DNA of 26,467 bases from positions 1 to 26,467 of the forward strand of contig DATHAN010000340.1 in assembly GCA_035296645.1 (NCBI GenBank). The letters run 5' to 3'. Shown one piece after another: positions 1 to 8,277 of this stretch. The translations under genes were made by a program, and so were the position numbers. Within the stretch, counting starts at the first letter, position 1; each line of letters starts with the position of its first letter. The DNA is from Thermoleophilaceae bacterium (GTDB taxonomy: Bacteria; Actinomycetota; Thermoleophilia; Solirubrobacterales; Thermoleophilaceae). The notes under the pieces were generated by a model. It was not told the DNA's origin, searched no databases, and saw only the letters and a list, made by a program, of their open reading frames with translations.

Positions 1-264
1 CATCGCGGCGAGGGCGCCGTCCTCGCCCTCGACCACCGTTTTGATTGCATCCGCATCGGCGAGCAGGGTCACCACGAAATCGGCCGCCTGAGCCGCCTCG
101 AGGGGCGATGCCGCGACGGCGGCGACGTCATCGAGCGCCTCAGCCTTCGCGCGGCTGCGGTTCCAAACGCGCACCTCGAAACCGGCGGACGCGAGATTGC
201 GGGCGATCGGAGCGCCCATGATTCCGGTGCCGACGACGGCGACGGTCCCGAGGCGCGCATCCAT
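1..264 (-). CDS. NAD(P)-dependent oxidoreductase, 3-hydroxyisobutyrate/6-phosphogluconate dehydrogenase family (N-terminal part, runs off window start)
   Basis: Hand translation from ATG at 264: MDARLGTVAVVGTGIMGAPIARNLASAGFEVRVWNRSRAKAEAL...ADFVVTLLAD. It shows the Rossmann GxGxMG motif and the WNRS motif. Not in the ORF track because no stop lies inside the window. Confidence 0.88.
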   Translation of the reverse strand, partial: MDARLGTVAVVGTGIMGAPIARNLASAGFEVRVWNRSRAKAEALDDVAAVAASPLEAAQAADFVVTLLADADAIKTVVEGEDGALAAM

Positions 265-439
265 GAGCCGCTGCGTCGTACCCGCTCGGACGTCGAATCA
301 GTCCGTCCTCGTAGGCTCTCCGCGACCGGCCAAGGACTTCGTCTTCGAGCGCCAGCCGGGGCGGAAGGTGGTTAGGCTCGGTCAGTGACCACAGAGCCAC
401 CGCCGCGCAAGCCGGGCGTTGGGCTCACCCTCTAGCCGC

Positions 440-739
440 CTAAGTGGCGGGAGGCGCTCGTCCGTCGTCCATCTCGACCAGCAGCCCCCGAGAGGCGAGG
501 TGCGAGAAGTACCCCGGCGGATCGATGACCTGTTCGGGCATCCAAGCGCCAGGTTGGGCCACCTCGCCTTCGACTAGCGCCCGAACCACGCCGGTCGCGC
601 CCGCGGCAGCCGCGTCGGCTTGAGTGTGGCCCACAAGCGTTGCCCCGCCCTCCGCCCCGTCAGGGCCGGCTTCGACCCGCAGCGCGAACACTGCCTCGTC
701 GCTTGGCTCGCGTCGGCGTTGGGCCGCCCTGATGAGGCG
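440..739 (-). pseudogene. C-terminal fragment resembling saccharopine dehydrogenase-like oxidoreductases
   Basis: ORF 440..691 reads ...VVRALVEGEVAQPGAWMPEQVIDPPGYFSHLASRGL, the typical 'G..V..PG.W.PEQ..DP..F...L...G' end of this family. The N-terminal Rossmann domain is missing. The upstream boundary (~739) is approximate. Confidence 0.5.
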
Positions 740-1675
740 CCATCCGCCCTCTCGGTCACTAAGGCGGACGGCTCGGCGGTGGCCGGGAGCGCCGCGTGGA
801 ACGCGGAGGGCACGGAGCTCACCTTCACGCCCACCGACCCGCTCGCCTCGGGCGACTACGACGTCAAGGTCTCGACCGCGGCCCAGGACCAGGTCGGGAA
901 CGCACTCGAGGAGGAGAAGGCGTGGAGCTTCACGGCCGACGCGAGTGCCCCCACGATCACCGCGGTCTCCCCCGCCGACGGGGCGACGGGGGCCCCCGCT
1001 CCGAGAAGGCCGTGATTCGCTTCTCAGAGCAGGTCGATAAGTCCTCGGCCGAGGGAGCCTTCTCGCTAACCGATGAGGGAGGGAATCCTGTCCCCGGGAG
1101 CTTCTCCTGGAACGTGGAGGGCACGGAGATGACCTACACGCCCACCAGCTCCCTTGCGATCGGCACCTACACCGCCCGACTCACTACGGCGACCAAGGAT
1201 CCCGCCGGGAACTCCCTGGGCCAGGAGAAGAGCTGGAACTTCACGGTCGGTACGACGGCGTCCCCAACAGCGACCAAAGTCCTCACCGGCAAGCCCGCCG
1301 GAGGGACGCTCGCGAGCCTCCGGAGCGACGACAACGACTACTTCAAGGTCTCCGGGGCAGGGCCGAGCTGGTACGGCTCCTTTGCCTCGGTACCACAGAA
1401 CCTCGGGGCGCTGAGCGTCCACCGTCAGGGCGAAGAGCTCGGTCACCTGCACCCACACGCTGGCGATCTGGAACTTCCGGACCGCAAGGTGGGTGACACT
1501 CGATTCGTGGACTCTCCGTTCGAGTGAGGTTCCGATCCAGAAGTCGCTTTCCGCGCCGATCTCCGACTACGTGAGCGCAAAGGGCGAGGTGCGCGCCCAG
1601 ACCGGCTGCAAGGCCGGGACGAGCTCGCTGACGACGAGCACCGACGTGCTCGCGATCGCATACGCGACCCCGTAA
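740..1675 (+). pseudogene. 5'-truncated, doubly frameshifted surface protein: two bacterial Ig-like (Big_5/SbsA-type) repeats plus a C-terminal beta-rich domain
   Basis: Three ORF pieces join into one protein. (1) SVTKADGSAVAGSAAWNAEGTELTFTPTDPLASGDYDVKVSTAAQDQVGNALEEEKAWSFT...APTITAVSPADGATG (620..1015 frame). (2) AVIRFSEQVDKSSAEGAFSLTDEGGNPVPGSFSWNVEGTEMTYTP...KDPAGNSLGQEKSWNFT (796..1527 frame). (3) VTVRAKSSVTCTHTLAIWNFRTARWVTLDSW...AYATP* (1493..1675 frame). Shifts fall at about 988-997 and 1419-1420. Confidence 0.75.
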
Positions 1676-2090
1676 GGTCGCTCCCCACCGCGACGCGTCC
1701 GGGCGACCCACTCTGGGGGCTGCCCTCCGAGCTAATCGGGTCGAAGAGCAGATCCAAGGGCGGGCGCGCCACGTCGGCGTATCGCGATCCCTGCGCCAGC
1801 CTAGAAAAGGCGCGCGCGGACGCGGCGAGAGGATGTGCGGGTTCAGACGTGCAGCTGGCCGGATGGCGCCGATCCGCTTGCCGCTGATCGAGAACACGAT
1901 TTTGCCCCAGGGCACCGTCCCGGCGCCGAGCTGGGGCGGACGCGACAGCAACGCCACGCACCGACGGGGGTCTCCGGGCTACTAGATCTCCGCCTCAGTG
2001 AGAAAGAACCGCAAAGACCGGGATTGATCACCTCGGTCTCGCAGAGCTTTGGAGATTGTCGACCAGGGTCTGGTATAGGTGATGGCGTCA

Positions 2091-2234
2091 GCGCGGCGGC
2101 GCGAGGAAGCCGGTGGGAATCCGGCACGGTCGCGCCACTGTGACGGGGGAGTGAGCCCCACGACGCCACGGCCCTGCAGGGCTGGAAGGCGGGGTGAGCC
2201 GCGAGCCCGGGAGTCAGGACACTCGTCCGCCGCG
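2091..2234 (+). ncRNA. Cobalamin (AdoCbl) riboswitch, actinobacterial type
   Basis: Conserved core GAGGAAGCCGGTGGGAATCCGGCACGGTCGCGCCACTGTGA (2103-2143), then GCCACGG...GGAAGGC and the B12-box GAGTCAGGACAC. The 5' end GCGGCGG..CGAG can pair with the 3' end CTCG..CCGCCGC. It lies directly upstream of cbtB. Confidence 0.95.
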
Positions 2235-2238
2235 GCAC

Positions 2239-2275
2239 GTTCGAAGACGGGACGCTTGATCCCGAGGAGGCGAAC
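2239..2275 (+). promoter_or_regulatory. Riboswitch expression platform containing the cbtB Shine-Dalgarno sequence
   Basis: AGGAGG at 2265-2270, ATG at 2276. Stems GTTCG(2239-43)/CGAAC(2271-75) and CGGGA(2248-52)/TCCCG(2260-64) flank the SD. GGCG (2269-72) is complementary to loop CGCGCC (2131-36). Folding done by eye. Confidence 0.6.
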
Positions 2276-2461
2276 ATGGACCACACCGGCGCGCAGCCGA
2301 TTCCGCTCGCGGAGAGTTGGCCGGCCCTGCTGCTCGCGACGCTCCTGCTGCTTGCGATCTACCTCGTCCAGTTCGATCAGGGGGCGCTCTCGCTGACCGG
2401 AGGTTTCCTGCACGAGCTGATGCACGACGGGCGCCACCTGCTCGGCGTGCCCTGCCACTAG
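2276..2461 (+). CDS. cbtB: Cobalt transporter subunit CbtB
   Basis: 61 aa, one TM helix, C-terminal HELMHDGRHLLGVPCH signature, strong SD. Confidence 0.93.
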   Translation: MDHTGAQPIPLAESWPALLLATLLLLAIYLVQFDQGALSLTGGFLHELMHDGRHLLGVPCH

Positions 2462-2479
2462 TCCCGGCGGAGGCCAGCG

Positions 2480-3217
2480 ATGGTCTGGACCCTGGTTCGC
2501 AGGGGCCTAGCCGCCGGTCTTGTCGCCGGCCTGCTCGCGGGCGCGTTCGCGTTCCTAGTCGGCGAGCCCAGAATCGAGGATGCGATCGAGATGGAGGAGG
2601 CTTCATCACCCCGCGCGAGCGTCTCGCTCACGCCCACGGTCGCCGCTGTCAACGACTGGGTAGTGAGTCGCGACGAGCAGCGCGGCGGGCTCTTCCTCGC
2701 CACGACGCTCTACGGCACCGCGGTTGGCGGGCTCTTCGGCGTCGGCTTCGCCCTCCTCCGCGGCCGTGGTGCGAGCCGCACCGACTGGCAGCTCTCGATC
2801 CGGCTTGCGGCTGCGCTCTTCCTCGCCGTGGTCCTAGTCCCTTTCCTCAAGTACCCGCCGAACCCGCCCGCAGTCGGAAGCTCGGAGACGATCGCCGACC
2901 GGACCGAGTATTACCTCATCGTGTTGGCCGGCTCGCTGCTGGCGCTGCTCGCCGCGGCGCGCGTCGCATGGTCGGTCCGCGAGAACGCACAGCCCTGGGT
3001 GCGGCCGCTGCTCGCCGCGGGGACCTTCATCGCCGTCGCCGGTGGGCTAGCGCTGGCGCTACCCGGAATCGACGAGGTTCGGCCCGACTTCCCCGCTTCG
3101 CTCCTGTGGGAGTTCCGAATCAGCTCGCTCGGGACCCAAGCGGTGCTCTGGGCGGCGCTCGGCGTCGGCTTCGGGATCGCCTCACACCGGACCGTGACCC
3201 GTCCCTTCCCCGCCTGA
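2480..3217 (+). CDS. cbtA: Cobalt transporter subunit CbtA
   Basis: 245 aa multi-TM protein. N-terminal RGLAAGLVAGLLA..GEP.I..AI and LKYPPNPPAVG...TI..RT motifs. Follows cbtB; GGAGG at 2469-2473. Confidence 0.92.
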   Translation: MVWTLVRRGLAAGLVAGLLAGAFAFLVGEPRIEDAIEMEEASSPRASVSLTPTVAAVNDWVVSRDEQRGGLFLATTLYGTAVGGLFGVGFALLRGRGASRTDWQLSIRLAAALFLAVVLVPFLKYPPNPPAVGSSETIADRTEYYLIVLAGSLLALLAAARVAWSVRENAQPWVRPLLAAGTFIAVAGGLALALPGIDEVRPDFPASLLWEFRISSLGTQAVLWAALGVGFGIASHRTVTRPFPA

Positions 3218-3828
3218 ACATTCGCCGCCTGCTCCTCATCCGCCACGGGAGCACCGACGCTGTGCGCCGGGCCGCATTCCCGCTCGACGAGCCGCTCGAC
3301 GAGCTCGCCCGCGTCGCGCTCGCTTCGCTTGACCGCCGGCTCGGCGGCGAGGCGCTGACGAGCCCGGCGCTTCGCGCCCGTGAGACCGCGGCCGCGCTTG
3401 GCCTCGAGGCGAGCCCGGAGCAGATGCTGCGCGAGTGCGACTTCGGCGCCTGGGCCGGACGCACACTGGCCGGGATCGCGGACGAGTCCCCGGGCGAAGC
3501 CCACGAGTGGATGCTCGATCCGCGTGCGCGCCCGCACGGCGGCGAGACCCTCACCGAACTCCTCAGTCGGGTGGGGTCGTGGCTCGAGCGGCAGCGGCGC
3601 CTCGACGGACGCGCGATCGCGGTCACTCACGGGGGTGTCATCAAGGCGGCGGTCGTGCACGTGCTCCGTGCGCCGCCTGCGGCGTTTTGGCGCATCGACG
3701 TGAAGCCCCTTTCGGTCACCGAGCTGCATGCGAGCGAAGCGGCCTGGACCCTGACGCGGTCGAACGCAACCCTCGCCGAGGCGACACCGGCCCCAGTCGC
3801 CGATCGAGGCGAGGTGGGCGTCCGATGA
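3214..3828 (+). CDS. Histidine phosphatase family protein (probable CobC-like alpha-ribazole/adenosylcobalamin phosphatase); start codon uncertain, CTG proposed
   Basis: LLLIRHG, SPALRARETA, LRECDFGAWAG, GGET and VTHGGVI motifs in the 3' part of ORF 2317..3828. No nearby ATG/GTG/TTG precedes the RHG motif. Confidence 0.82.
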   Translation: MNIRRLLLIRHGSTDAVRRAAFPLDEPLDELARVALASLDRRLGGEALTSPALRARETAAALGLEASPEQMLRECDFGAWAGRTLAGIADESPGEAHEWMLDPRARPHGGETLTELLSRVGSWLERQRRLDGRAIAVTHGGVIKAAVVHVLRAPPAAFWRIDVKPLSVTELHASEAAWTLTRSNATLAEATPAPVADRGEVGVR

Positions 3829-4748
3829 GCGCGGTCGCGCTCGGAGCCGGCTACGTGGCCGACCGGCTCGTCGGCGATCCGGGGCGCGCCCACCCCGTCG
3901 CCGGCTTCGGCCGCCTCGCAAGCGCGGCCAACGGCGTGTTCTATTCGCCCAGCCGCGCGCGCGGCGCCGCCTTCGTCGCCTCCCTCGTTGGACTCGCCGC
4001 GCTCGCCGGTGAGCTCGCCTCCCGCTCGAGCCGGGCAGCCGGGCTCACCGAAGGAGCCGCCCTCGCCGTCTTCGCCTGGGCCGCCCTCGGCGGTCGCTCG
4101 CTCTGCCGGGAGGCGGACGCGATCGCGGCGAGGCTGCGGTCAGGCGAGATTGAGGCTGCCCGCGCGGCGCTGCCCGCCCTCGCCGGGCGGGATCCTGAGA
4201 CGCTCGACGCCGTCGGGATCACTCGCGCCGTGGTCGAGTCGGTCGCCGAGAACACGAGCGACGCCGTCGTCGGCGCCCTCTTCTGGGGAGCCCTGGGCGG
4301 CGCTCCCGCGGTAGCGGCGTTCCGGGCTGCGAACACACTCGACGCGATGATCGGCCACCGCTCGCCACGCTACTCGGAGTTCGGCTGGGCGGCGGCGCGC
4401 CTCGACGACGCGATGGGCTGGCCCGCGGCGCGGATCGGCGCAGGTCTCGCGGTTCTCTGCGCGCCCCTCGCTGGCGGCTCGCCGCGCCGGGCCTGGCGCA
4501 TGCTGCGACGCGACGGCGCCGCGCACCCGAGCCCGAACGCCGGCCGAATGGAGGCCGCCTTCGCCGGCGCGCTCGGCGTGCAGCTCGGCGGCGATCTCAG
4601 CTACCGCCGACGGATCGAGCCGCGGCCGCGGCTCGGCGATGGAGAGCCCCCCGTTGTCGCGGACATCACTCGAGCGACCGGGCTCTCGAGCGCCGTTGGT
4701 GCCGCCGCGCTCTTGCTCTGCACCGCTCTTAGCTGGAGGCTCGGATGA
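3825..4748 (+). CDS. cobD: Adenosylcobinamide-phosphate synthase CobD/CbiB
   Basis: GDP...HPVAGFG, ESVAENTSDAVV, RAANTLDAMIGHR, HPSPNAG..EAAFAGALGV.LGG. ATG overlaps the upstream TGA (ATGA). Confidence 0.95.
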   Translation: MSAVALGAGYVADRLVGDPGRAHPVAGFGRLASAANGVFYSPSRARGAAFVASLVGLAALAGELASRSSRAAGLTEGAALAVFAWAALGGRSLCREADAIAARLRSGEIEAARAALPALAGRDPETLDAVGITRAVVESVAENTSDAVVGALFWGALGGAPAVAAFRAANTLDAMIGHRSPRYSEFGWAAARLDDAMGWPAARIGAGLAVLCAPLAGGSPRRAWRMLRRDGAAHPSPNAGRMEAAFAGALGVQLGGDLSYRRRIEPRPRLGDGEPPVVADITRATGLSSAVGAAALLLCTALSWRLG

Positions 4749-6286
4749 GCGGCGCGCTGATGATCTGCGGGACGAACTCGGACGCCGGCAAGTCGGTGGT
4801 CACGGCCGGGCTCTGCCGGGTGCTCCGGCGCCGCGGTTTCAGCGTCGCCCCGTTCAAGGCCCAGAACATGTCGCTGAACTCGGTCGTCACGCCCGACGGC
4901 GCCGAGATCGCCCGGGCACAAGCAATGCAAGCGGCCGCCGCCGGCGTCGAGCCGAAGGCCGCGATGAATCCAGTGCTGCTAAAGCCCTCGGGCGAGCGCC
5001 GCAGCCAGGTGATCGTCATGGGCCGTGCGCGTTTCGAGGCCGACGCGGGTGGCTACCAGGCGCTGAAGGCGTCCCTGCGCCAGCCGGTGCTCGAGGCGCT
5101 CGCCTCGCTGCGTGCCCGCCACGACGCGGTCATCTGCGAGGGAGCGGGGAGCCCGGCGGAGATCAATCTGCGCGCGGACGACATCGCCAACCTCGGGCTC
5201 GCCCGCAGCGCCGGGATCCCCGCGATCGTCGTGGGCGACATCGACCGCGGCGGCACGCTCGCAGCGCTCTACGGCACCCTCGCGCTGCTCGAACCCGAGG
5301 ACCAGCGGCTCTTCGCCGGCTTCCTCGTCAACAAGTTCCGTGGCGATGCGGAGATCCTGCGCCCAGGCCTCGAGCGCTTGCGCGAGCTCACCGGCCGGCC
5401 GACGCTCGGCGTCCTCCCCTGGCGGGACGGGCTCCGGCTCGATGCCGAGGACGGCGTCGCGCTCGAGGGCTCCGAGGCGGAGGGCCCACCGGCGCTCGGC
5501 GCCGACAGGATCGAGGTCGCAGTCGTCCGGCTGCGGCGGATCAGCAACTTCACCGATCTCGACGCGCTCGCGCAAGAGCCCGGGGTGAGTGTTCGCTTCA
5601 CCCGCTCGGCGGGGGAAATCAGGCGCGCCGACCTCGTCGTCGTCCCCGGGACGAAGGCGACCGTCCTCGACCTAGCGCTGTTACGCGAGCTCGGGCTCGA
5701 TCGGGCGCTCGCCGAGCGCGCCGACGCGGGCGCGCCGATCCTCGGCATCTGCGGCGGCTACCAGATGCTCGGTGCGGCTATCGAGGACGAGGTCGAGAGT
5801 GGTAGCGGGCGCGTCCGGGGCCTCGGCCTCCTCCCGGTGGATACGCGGTTCGAGCGTGAGAAGGAGCTTGGCTGGCACGGCGGCCGCGTGCCCGTGCTCG
5901 GCGGCGTGCCAGTTCGCGGCTACGAGATCCACCACGGCCGCCTGAGCCGCCTCGGCGGCGCGACGCTGATCGAGTCCGAGGCAGGCGAGGAGGGTTGCAC
6001 GGAGGGCGCCGTGCTCGGCACTTCGCTCCACGGCGTCGCAGAGTGCGACGATTTTCGCCGCGCCCTCCTCGCCTGGGTCGCGCAGCGCCGCGGCCTTACG
6101 TTCGTGCCCGGTGAGGCGAACTTCGCCGCCGTACGCGAGGCGCGCCTCGACGCGGTCGGCGACCTAATCGAGAAGCACGCCGACCTCGAGGCGCTGATGG
6201 CGCTGATCGAGCAGGGACCGCCAGCGCAGGCGCCGGCGATCGATGCCGGGGCGGCAGTCGCGCCGCTGGTCGGAGGCGCGACGTGA
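4745..6286 (+). CDS. cobQ: Cobyric acid synthase CobQ
   Basis: GTNSDAGKS, PFKAQNMSLNS, CEGAGSPAEINLR, glutaminase GICGGYQMLG; 513 aa. Confidence 0.97.
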   Translation: MSGALMICGTNSDAGKSVVTAGLCRVLRRRGFSVAPFKAQNMSLNSVVTPDGAEIARAQAMQAAAAGVEPKAAMNPVLLKPSGERRSQVIVMGRARFEADAGGYQALKASLRQPVLEALASLRARHDAVICEGAGSPAEINLRADDIANLGLARSAGIPAIVVGDIDRGGTLAALYGTLALLEPEDQRLFAGFLVNKFRGDAEILRPGLERLRELTGRPTLGVLPWRDGLRLDAEDGVALEGSEAEGPPALGADRIEVAVVRLRRISNFTDLDALAQEPGVSVRFTRSAGEIRRADLVVVPGTKATVLDLALLRELGLDRALAERADAGAPILGICGGYQMLGAAIEDEVESGSGRVRGLGLLPVDTRFEREKELGWHGGRVPVLGGVPVRGYEIHHGRLSRLGGATLIESEAGEEGCTEGAVLGTSLHGVAECDDFRRALLAWVAQRRGLTFVPGEANFAAVREARLDAVGDLIEKHADLEALMALIEQGPPAQAPAIDAGAAVAPLVGGAT

Positions 6287-8277
6287 GCGCGGTGGGCGCG
6301 CCCGCTTATCCGTTCTCGGCGCTCGTCGGCCTCGACGAGCTGCGCACGGCGCTGCTCGCAAACGCCGTCGACCCGGCGATCGGCGGCGTCCTCGTTCGCG
6401 GCGAGAAGGGGACGGCGAAGTCGACCGCGGTGCGCTCGCTTGTGCGCCTGTTGCCCGAGGTTGAGGTCGCGGACGGCTGCGCCTTCTCCTGCGACCCGCG
6501 TGAGCACGCCGCAACGCCATGTCCAGCCGGCCCCCACGAAGACGACGCCATACAGGGACGGCCGGTGCGCCTGGTCGAGCTCCCGGTCGGCGCCTCGCTC
6601 GACCGCGTCACCGGTTCGCTTGACGTCGCCCGCGCGCTGACCGAGGGCGAGAGCGCGTTCGAGCCCGGCCTCCTCGCCGACGCCCACCGCGGCGTCCTCT
6701 ACGTCGACGAGGTAAACCTGCTCGCCGACTACCTCGTCGACGTCCTCCTCGACGCGGCGGCGCTCGGAGTCAACTACGTCGAGCGCGATGGCGTCAGCGT
6801 CCGCCACCCTGCCCGCTTCCTACTCGTCGGCACGATGAACCCCGAGGAGGGCGAGCTCCGCCCGCAGTTGCTCGACCGCTTCGGGCTCAGCGTCGAGGTG
6901 TGCGGGTCGCGCAACCCCGGCGAGCGCGCAGAGGTCGTCCGCCGCCGGCTCGCCTTCGACGCCGACTCCGCCGGGTTTGCCAGCGCCTACGAGGCGGAGG
7001 AGGCGGAGCTGCGCGATCGGATCGGAGCCGCGCGCGAGTCGCTCGGCCGCCTCGCCCTGCCAGACCGGATCGTGACCCTGATCGCTCGCGTCTGCGCGCA
7101 GCTCGATGTCGACGGGCTGCGCGCCGACATTGTTTGCGCGAGGACGGCGTCGGCGCTGGCGGCGCTCGACGGCGCCGCCGAGGTCCAGGAGGAGCACGTC
7201 CGCCGCGCGGCGATCCTCGCGCTCGCTCACCGGCGCCGGCGCGGGCCGCTCGAGCAGCCACGCCTCGACCCCGACGAGCTCGAGCGGGCGCTCGCCGGCG
7301 ATCCGCCCGAGGAAGATCCACCTGACCGCCCGAACGGGCGCGGCAACAGCCGCCCTCGCAAGCAGGCGGAGCGAGACGATGCCCCAGCGCCGGCCGAAGG
7401 CGATCGCGCCCGCGGGCCCGCGAGCGGAGGCGCGGCCCGCTTCGAGCGTGACGCTCCCGCCCCGCAGGAACGCAGCGACGACCCCCTGAGCGGCTTTCGG
7501 GCGGCGAGATTTGAGCTCGACGGGGGCGGGCGCGGCGCGCCCGGCCGAAGGCTCTCCGGAAGCGCCCAGAGTGGCCGGGCCGTCGACGAGAAACGGCACG
7601 CACCCGGGGAGCCGCTCGCGCTGCTGCCGACGCTCCGCGCGGCCGCCCCGCGCCAGCGGGCCCGCGGGCGGACGGCCGCCGGGCTCGAGCTCGAGCGCTC
7701 CGACCTGCGCTCGGCGGTGCTCGAGGGGCGAAGCGGCGCCCTGCTCGTCTTCGTCGTCGACGCAAGCGGCTCGATGGCCGCCCGCCGGCGGATGGCTGCG
7801 GTCAAGGGCGCGGCGCTCGCCCTGCTCGCCGACGCCTACCGCCGGCGCGACCTGGTCGCCATGATCGTCGCGCGCGGGACTGGGGCCGAGCTGGTGCTGG
7901 CGCCGACCGCGAGCGTCGAGATGGCGGCCGAGCGGCTGGCACGGATGCGCGCCGGCGGCCGGACCCCGCTCGGCGCCGGGCTCGAGCGCGCGCACGAGCT
8001 CGTCCGGGCGCAGCGCCTGCGTGGGGACGAGCGCACGCCGGTGGTCCTGCTCGTCACCGACGGCCGCGCCAACGCAGGCGGTTCCGATCCGATGCGGGCG
8101 GCGCTTTGCGCCGCGGCGGCGCTTCGCCGCCAGGGAGCGTCGCTCGCCGTGATCGACTCCGAGCAGGGGCCGGCGAGGCTGCGCATGGCGAGGGCGCTAG
8201 CCCAGGCCGTCGGTGCCCCAGTCGTCTCGCTCGACTCGCTCGCTCCAGAGAGCGGGCCCGCGACGAGGGCGGCATGA
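6283..8277 (+). CDS. ChlI/ChlD-like AAA+ ATPase fused to a VWA domain (probable cobaltochelatase partner of CobN)
   Basis: YPFSALVG, Walker A GEKGTAKS, Walker B LYVDEVNLL, GTMNPEEGELRPQLLDRFG, a Pro/acidic linker, then MIDAS motif DASGSM and LVTDGRAN; 664 aa. Confidence 0.92.
   Translation: MSAVGAPAYPFSALVGLDELRTALLANAVDPAIGGVLVRGEKGTAKSTAVRSLVRLLPEVEVADGCAFSCDPREHAATPCPAGPHEDDAIQGRPVRLVELPVGASLDRVTGSLDVARALTEGESAFEPGLLADAHRGVLYVDEVNLLADYLVDVLLDAAALGVNYVERDGVSVRHPARFLLVGTMNPEEGELRPQLLDRFGLSVEVCGSRNPGERAEVVRRRLAFDADSAGFASAYEAEEAELRDRIGAARESLGRLALPDRIVTLIARVCAQLDVDGLRADIVCARTASALAALDGAAEVQEEHVRRAAILALAHRRRRGPLEQPRLDPDELERALAGDPPEEDPPDRPNGRGNSRPRKQAERDDAPAPAEGDRARGPASGGAARFERDAPAPQERSDDPLSGFRAARFELDGGGRGAPGRRLSGSAQSGRAVDEKRHAPGEPLALLPTLRAAAPRQRARGRTAAGLELERSDLRSAVLEGRSGALLVFVVDASGSMAARRRMAAVKGAALALLADAYRRRDLVAMIVARGTGAELVLAPTASVEMAAERLARMRAGGRTPLGAGLERAHELVRAQRLRGDERTPVVLLVTDGRANAGGSDPMRAALCAAAALRRQGASLAVIDSEQGPARLRMARALAQAVGAPVVSLDSLAPESGPATRAA

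Noticed and set aside
265-435. Short ORFs 140..400 (-) and 197..388 (+)
   Set aside because: Both overlap the oxidoreductase gene and show no recognisable motif.
1928-1975. GGGGCGGACGCGACAGCAACGCCACGCACC looked faintly like a reverse-complement tRNA end
   Set aside because: No TTCGA T-loop, no cloverleaf and no CCA could be built.
2015-2039. Imperfect inverted repeat AGACCG...CGGTCT around TGATCA
   Set aside because: The 6-8 bp arms are within chance for this composition and match no operator I recognise.
2048-2082. Possible promoter (TTGTCG ... TGGTATAGGT) before the riboswitch
   Set aside because: The position is plausible, but the hexamers are only 12 bp apart and the -10 does not fit TANNNT cleanly. 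Too weak to call.
2317-3213. 503-aa ORF 2317..3828 read as one long protein
   Set aside because: Its first ~300 residues are an off-frame reading of cbtB and cbtA. Only the part from about 3214 has phosphatase motifs.
7290-7560. Low-complexity Pro/Asp/Arg-rich segment in the chelatase subunit
   Set aside because: This is the normal flexible linker between the AAA+ and VWA domains of ChlD-type proteins.
6283-8277. Magnesium chelatase as a sign of (bacterio)chlorophyll synthesis
   Set aside because: The context is entirely corrinoid, with CobN present and no photosynthesis genes.
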